A stretch of DNA of 64,000 nucleotides, taken from assembly GCF_013315695.1 (NCBI RefSeq), contig NZ_CP054353.1; one strand, 5' to 3'. The stretch comes from Escherichia coli. GTDB lineage: Bacteria; Pseudomonadota; Gammaproteobacteria; Enterobacterales; Enterobacteriaceae. The translations under genes were made by a program, and so were the position numbers. Below the pieces are notes generated by a model that saw nothing but the letters and a program-made list of their open reading frames with translations, did no database searches and was not told the origin of the DNA. Shown in pieces: positions 59,433 through 64,000 of the stretch (positions are counted from its first letter, which is position 1; every line of letters starts with the position of its first letter).

Positions 59433-60860
59433 ATGAACACCGCACTTGCACAACAAATCGCCAATGAAGGCGGCGTCGAAGCCTGGATGATTGCGCAACA
59501 ACATAAAAGCCTGCTGCGTTTTCTGACCTGTGGTAGCGTCGATGACGGCAAAAGTACCCTGATTGGTCGCCTGCTGCACGATACCCGCCAAATCTACGAA
59601 GATCAGCTCTCATCGCTGCATAACGACAGTAAGCGTCACGGCACCCAGGGCGAAAAGCTGGATCTGGCGCTTCTGGTGGATGGTCTGCAAGCCGAGCGTG
59701 AACAGGGCATTACTATTGATGTGGCCTACCGCTATTTCTCTACCGAGAAGCGTAAATTTATTATCGCCGACACACCTGGGCACGAGCAGTACACCCGCAA
59801 TATGGCGACCGGCGCATCGACATGCGAACTGGCGATCTTACTGATCGACGCCCGTAAAGGCGTGCTCGATCAAACCCGTCGTCACAGTTTTATCTCCACA
59901 CTGTTGGGGATCAAACATCTGGTCGTGGCGATCAACAAAATGGATCTGGTGGATTACAGTGAAGAGACGTTCACCCGTATTCGTGAAGATTATCTGACTT
60001 TTGCCGGGCAGCTGCCGGGTAATCTGGATATCCGCTTTGTGCCGCTCTCTGCACTGGAAGGCGACAACGTGGCTTCGCAAAGTGAAAGTATGCCGTGGTA
60101 CAGCGGTCCGACACTGCTCGAAGTGCTGGAAACCGTGGAGATCCAGCGAGTGGTGGATGCCCAGCCAATGCGCTTCCCGGTGCAGTACGTTAATCGCCCG
60201 AATCTCGATTTTCGTGGCTACGCCGGAACGCTGGCATCCGGTCGCGTGGAAGTCGGGCAACGTGTCAAAGTGCTGCCCTCTGGTGTGGAATCAAACGTCG
60301 CGCGGATCGTGACCTTTGATGGCGATCGCGAAGAAGCCTTTGCCGGAGAAGCGATCACCCTGGTGCTGACGGATGAAATCGACATCAGCCGTGGCGATCT
60401 GCTGCTGGCGGCAGACGAAGCGTTACCGGCTGTGCAGAGCGCGTCGGTGGATGTGGTATGGATGGCGGAACAGCCGCTTTCCCCGGGCCAGAGTTACGAC
60501 ATCAAAATTGCCGGTAAGAAGACGCGTGCTCGTGTTGATGGCATTCGTTATCAGGTTGATATCAATAACCTTACCCAACGCGAAGTTGAAAACCTGCCGC
60601 TGAACGGCATCGGCCTGGTAGATCTCACCTTTGACGAGCCACTGGTGTTAGATCGTTATCAGCAAAACCCGGTTACCGGTGGGCTGATTTTTATCGATCG
60701 CCTGAGTAATGTGACCGTAGGTGCCGGTATGGTGCACGAACCAGTTAGCCAGGCAACTGCTGCACCATCTGAATTCAGTGCATTCGAACTGGAATTGAAT
60801 GCCCTGGTTCGCCGCCATTTCCCTCATTGGGGTGCGCGCGATTTACTGGGAGATAAATAA
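59433..60860 (+). CDS. cysN: Sulfate adenylyltransferase subunit 1 (GTPase)
   Basis: 475 aa; GTP-binding motifs [18 protein letters not shown]. Confidence 0.95.
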   Translation: MNTALAQQIANEGGVEAWMIAQQHKSLLRFLTCGSVDDGKSTLIGRLLHDTRQIYEDQLSSLHNDSKRHGTQGEKLDLALLVDGLQAEREQGITIDVAYRYFSTEKRKFIIADTPGHEQYTRNMATGASTCELAILLIDARKGVLDQTRRHSFISTLLGIKHLVVAINKMDLVDYSEETFTRIREDYLTFAGQLPGNLDIRFVPLSALEGDNVASQSESMPWYSGPTLLEVLETVEIQRVVDAQPMRFPVQYVNRPNLDFRGYAGTLASGRVEVGQRVKVLPSGVESNVARIVTFDGDREEAFAGEAITLVLTDEIDISRGDLLLAADEALPAVQSASVDVVWMAEQPLSPGQSYDIKIAGKKTRARVDGIRYQVDINNLTQREVENLPLNGIGLVDLTFDEPLVLDRYQQNPVTGGLIFIDRLSNVTVGAGMVHEPVSQATAAPSEFSAFELELNALVRRHFPHWGARDLLGDK

Positions 60861-61465
60861 TGGCTCTGCATGACGAAAACGTCGTCTGGCATAGCCACCC
60901 AGTAACTCCGCAACAACGCGAACAGCACCACGGTCATCGTGGTGTTGTGCTGTGGTTTACCGGCCTCTCTGGTTCCGGTAAATCAACCGTCGCGGGGGCG
61001 CTGGAGGAGGCGTTACATAAACTTGGCGTCAGTACGTATCTGCTGGATGGCGACAATGTTCGCCACGGATTATGCAGCGATCTCGGTTTTAGCGATGCCG
61101 ATCGTAAAGAAAATATCCGTCGCGTCGGTGAAGTGGCGAATTTGATGGTTGAAGCCGGACTGGTGGTGCTGACCGCATTTATCTCGCCACACCGCGCCGA
61201 ACGCCAGATGGTTCGCGAACGCGTAGGAGAAGGGCGCTTTATCGAAGTGTTTGTCGATACACCGCTGGCGATTTGCGAAGCCCGCGATCCAAAAGGCTTA
61301 TATAAGAAAGCGCGTGCCGGTGAACTGCGCAACTTTACGGGAATAGATTCCGTTTACGAAGCGCCTGAATCGGCAGAAATTCATCTCAATGGTGAACAAT
61401 TAGTAACAAATTTGGTACAGCAATTATTAGATCTGTTGAGACAGAACGATATTATCAGATCCTGA
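60860..61465 (+). CDS. cysC: Adenylylsulfate (APS) kinase
   Basis: 201 aa; P-loop GLSGSGKST; start overlaps cysN stop. Confidence 0.95.
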   Translation: MALHDENVVWHSHPVTPQQREQHHGHRGVVLWFTGLSGSGKSTVAGALEEALHKLGVSTYLLDGDNVRHGLCSDLGFSDADRKENIRRVGEVANLMVEAGLVVLTAFISPHRAERQMVRERVGEGRFIEVFVDTPLAICEARDPKGLYKKARAGELRNFTGIDSVYEAPESAEIHLNGEQLVTNLVQQLLDLLRQNDIIRS

Positions 61466-61514
61466 GACACCACCGGGTTTCCATGCCCGGTTCGTCAAAG
61501 TAACAGGATCAAAT

Positions 61515-61838
61515 ATGCGTAATAGCCATAACATTACACTAACAAATAACGACAGCCTTACTGAGGATGAAGAAACCACATGGTCACTGCCTGGTGCCGT
61601 GGTCGGTTTTATCTCATGGTTATTTGCGCTGGCGATGCCGATGTTGATTTATGGCTCTAACACGCTGTTCTTCTTTATCTACACCTGGCCTTTCTTTCTG
61701 GCACTGATGCCTGTCGCGGTAGTGGTGGGGATTGCGCTGCATTCATTGATGGACGGAAAGCTACGCTACAGTATTGTTTTCACCCTGGTGACAGTAGGCA
61801 TTATGTTTGGCGCACTGTTTATGTGGCTACTGGGCTAA
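61515..61838 (+). CDS. ygbE: Small inner-membrane protein YgbE
   Basis: 107-aa ORF with three hydrophobic segments; conserved position between cysC and ftsB. Confidence 0.85.
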   Translation: MRNSHNITLTNNDSLTEDEETTWSLPGAVVGFISWLFALAMPMLIYGSNTLFFFIYTWPFFLALMPVAVVVGIALHSLMDGKLRYSIVFTLVTVGIMFGALFMWLLG

Positions 61839-62031
61839 TTTGTACTTTCTTGTCTCCTCTGTTCATAATTCAAACCGTAACTAATAATGAGATTATGTTC
61901 TGCACGCCCTGGGTATACGTAACAATGGACAAATGTGGTACATTTGCCCGCGTTGTCGCGGTATCCCCAACAGAGGATGTAGAGTCGTCTTCGGATGCAT
62001 GGGATGATGATGCCGTTTTTCAGGGGGCAGG

Positions 62032-62343
62032 ATGGGTAAACTAACGCTGCTGTTGCTGGCTATTCTGGTCTGGCTACAGTATTCGCTGTGGTTCGGTAAG
62101 AACGGTATACATGACTATACCCGCGTCAATGATGATGTGGCGGCACAGCAAGCTACAAACGCGAAACTTAAAGCGCGAAACGATCAACTTTTTGCCGAAA
62201 TTGACGATCTCAATGGCGGCCAGGAGGCGCTCGAAGAGCGTGCGCGTAATGAACTCAGCATGACCAGGCCGGGCGAAACTTTTTATCGTCTGGTGCCTGA
62301 CGCGTCGAAGCGCGCACAGTCTGCGGGGCAAAACAATCGATAA
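62032..62343 (+). CDS. ftsB: Cell division protein FtsB
   Basis: 103 aa; N-terminal TM helix then coiled coil. Confidence 0.9.
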
Positions 62344-62361
62344 ATCAGCCCAGGAATTAAC

Positions 62362-63072
62362 ATGGCAACCACTCATTTGGATGTTTGCGCCGTGGTTCCG
62401 GCGGCCGGATTTGGCCGTCGAATGCAAACGGAATGTCCTAAGCAATATCTCTCAATCGGTAATCAAACCATTCTTGAACACTCGGTGCATGCGCTGCTGG
62501 CGCATCCCCGGGTGAAACATGTCGTCATTGCCATAAGTCCTGGCGATAGCCGTTTTGCACAACTTCCTCTGGCGAATCATCCACAAATCACGGTTGTTGA
62601 TGGTGGTGAAGAGCGTGCCGATTCCGTGCTGGCAGGTCTGAAAGCCGCTGGCGACGCGCAGTGGGTATTGGTGCATGACGCCGCTCGTCCTTGTCTGCAT
62701 CAGGATGACCTCGCGCGATTGTTGGCGTTGAGCGAAACCAGCCGCACGGGGGGGATCCTCGCCGCACCAGTGCGCGATACGATGAAACGTGCCGAACCGG
62801 GCAAAAATGCCATTGCTCATACCGTTGATCGCAACGGCTTATGGCACGCGCTGACGCCGCAATTTTTCCCTCGTGAGCTGTTACATGACTGCCTGACGCG
62901 CGCTCTAAATGAAGGCGCTACCATTACCGACGAAGCCTCGGCGCTGGAATATTGCGGATTTCATCCGCAGTTGGTCGAAGGCCGCGCGGATAACATTAAA
63001 GTCACGCGCCCGGAAGATTTGGCACTGGCCGAGTTTTACCTCACCCGAACCATCCATCAGGAGAATACATAA
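62362..63072 (+). CDS. ispD: 2-C-methyl-D-erythritol 4-phosphate cytidylyltransferase
   Basis: 236 aa; N-terminal [11 protein letters not shown] nucleotide-binding motif. Confidence 0.95.
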
Positions 63073-63551
63073 TGCGAATTGGACACGGTTTTGACGTACA
63101 CGCCTTTGGCGGTGAAGGCCCAATTATCATTGGTGGCGTACGCATTCCTTACGAAAAAGGATTGCTGGCGCATTCTGATGGCGATGTGGCGCTCCATGCG
63201 TTGACCGATGCATTGCTTGGCGCGGCGGCGCTGGGGGATATCGGCAAACTGTTCCCGGATACCGATCCGGCATTTAAAGGTGCCGACAGCCGCGAGCTGC
63301 TACGCGAAGCCTGGCGTCGTATTCAGGCGAAGGGTTATACCCTTGGCAACGTCGATGTCACTATCATCGCTCAGGCACCGAAGATGTTGCCGCACATTCC
63401 ACAAATGCGCGTGTTTATTGCCGAAGATCTCGGCTGCCATATGGACGATGTTAACGTGAAAGCCACTACTACGGAAAAACTTGGATTTACCGGACGTGGG
63501 GAAGGGATTGCCTGTGAAGCGGTGGCGCTACTCATTAAGGCAACAAAATGA
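63072..63551 (+). CDS. ispF: 2-C-methyl-D-erythritol 2,4-cyclodiphosphate synthase
   Basis: 159 aa; [12 protein letters not shown] Zn-binding motif; start overlaps ispD stop. Confidence 0.95.
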
Positions 63552-64000
63552 TTGAGTTTGATAATCTCACTTACCTCCACGGTAAACCGCAAGGCACCGG
63601 GCTGCTGAAAGCCAATCCGGAAGACTTTGTGGTGGTGGAAGATTTGGGCTTTGAGCCTGATGGTGAAGGTGAGCATATTCTGGTTAGAATCCTCAAAAAC
63701 GGCTGCAATACCCGTTTTGTGGCGGATGCACTGGCGAAATTCCTGAAAATTCATTCCCGTGAAGTCAGCTTCGCTGGGCAAAAAGACAAACATGCTGTTA
63801 CGGAACAGTGGTTATGCGCTCGCGTGCCGGGCAAAGAGATGCCCGATCTGAGCGCCTTTCAACTGGAAGGCTGCCAGGTGCTGGAGTATGCGCGGCACAA
63901 GCGCAAGCTGCGTTTAGGCGCGCTGAAAGGTAACGCCTTTACCCTGGTTCTGCGCGAAGTGAGCAATCGCGATGACGTTGAACAACGTCTGATCGATATT
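63548..64000 (+). CDS. truD: tRNA pseudouridine13 synthase TruD (3'-truncated by window end)
   Basis: ATG overlapping ispF stop (ATGA); N-terminus [27 protein letters not shown]; runs off window end. Confidence 0.9.

Noticed and set aside
61823-62044. 73-aa plus-strand ORF between ygbE and ftsB
   Set aside because: Overlaps the ygbE 3' end and ftsB promoter region, lacks RBS, and corresponds to no conserved protein I recognise.

Overview
This window reads as an Escherichia coli-type chromosomal segment, and I did not find a clearly novel system in it. The most interesting material is a hok/gef-family toxin locus missing from the ORF track, a cryptic ygc catabolic cluster with a possible antitermination switch, and an IS4 junction that implies a large rearrangement. 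All identifications are from reading the sequence and recall of well-known E. coli proteins and RNAs; no database search was run.

Layout, left to right:
- 1-26.8 kb: core genes in K-12-like order (rpoE start, nadB, yfiC, srmB, yfiE, eamB, grcA, ung, yfiF, trxC, yfiP, patZ, pssA, yfiM, kgtP), a complete minus-strand rrnG-type rRNA operon (16S, tRNA-Glu, 23S, 5S), then clpB, pgeF, rluD, bamD.
- 26.85-28.28 kb: a complete 1426-bp IS4 with no flanking target-site duplication.
- 28.3-64 kb: ygcG, queE, a 14-repeat type I-E CRISPR array plus decayed repeat remnants, the ygc cluster (ygcE, yqcE, ygcW/U/S/R/Q, ygcP/O/N), queD, cysJIH, the hok-like locus, a complete type I-E cas operon (cas3, cse1, cse2, cas7e, cas5e, cas6e, cas1, cas2) with a 3-spacer array, then iap, cysDNC, ygbE, ftsB, ispD, ispF and the start of truD.

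Several ORF-track calls carry N-terminal extensions; I give the conventional internal starts instead.
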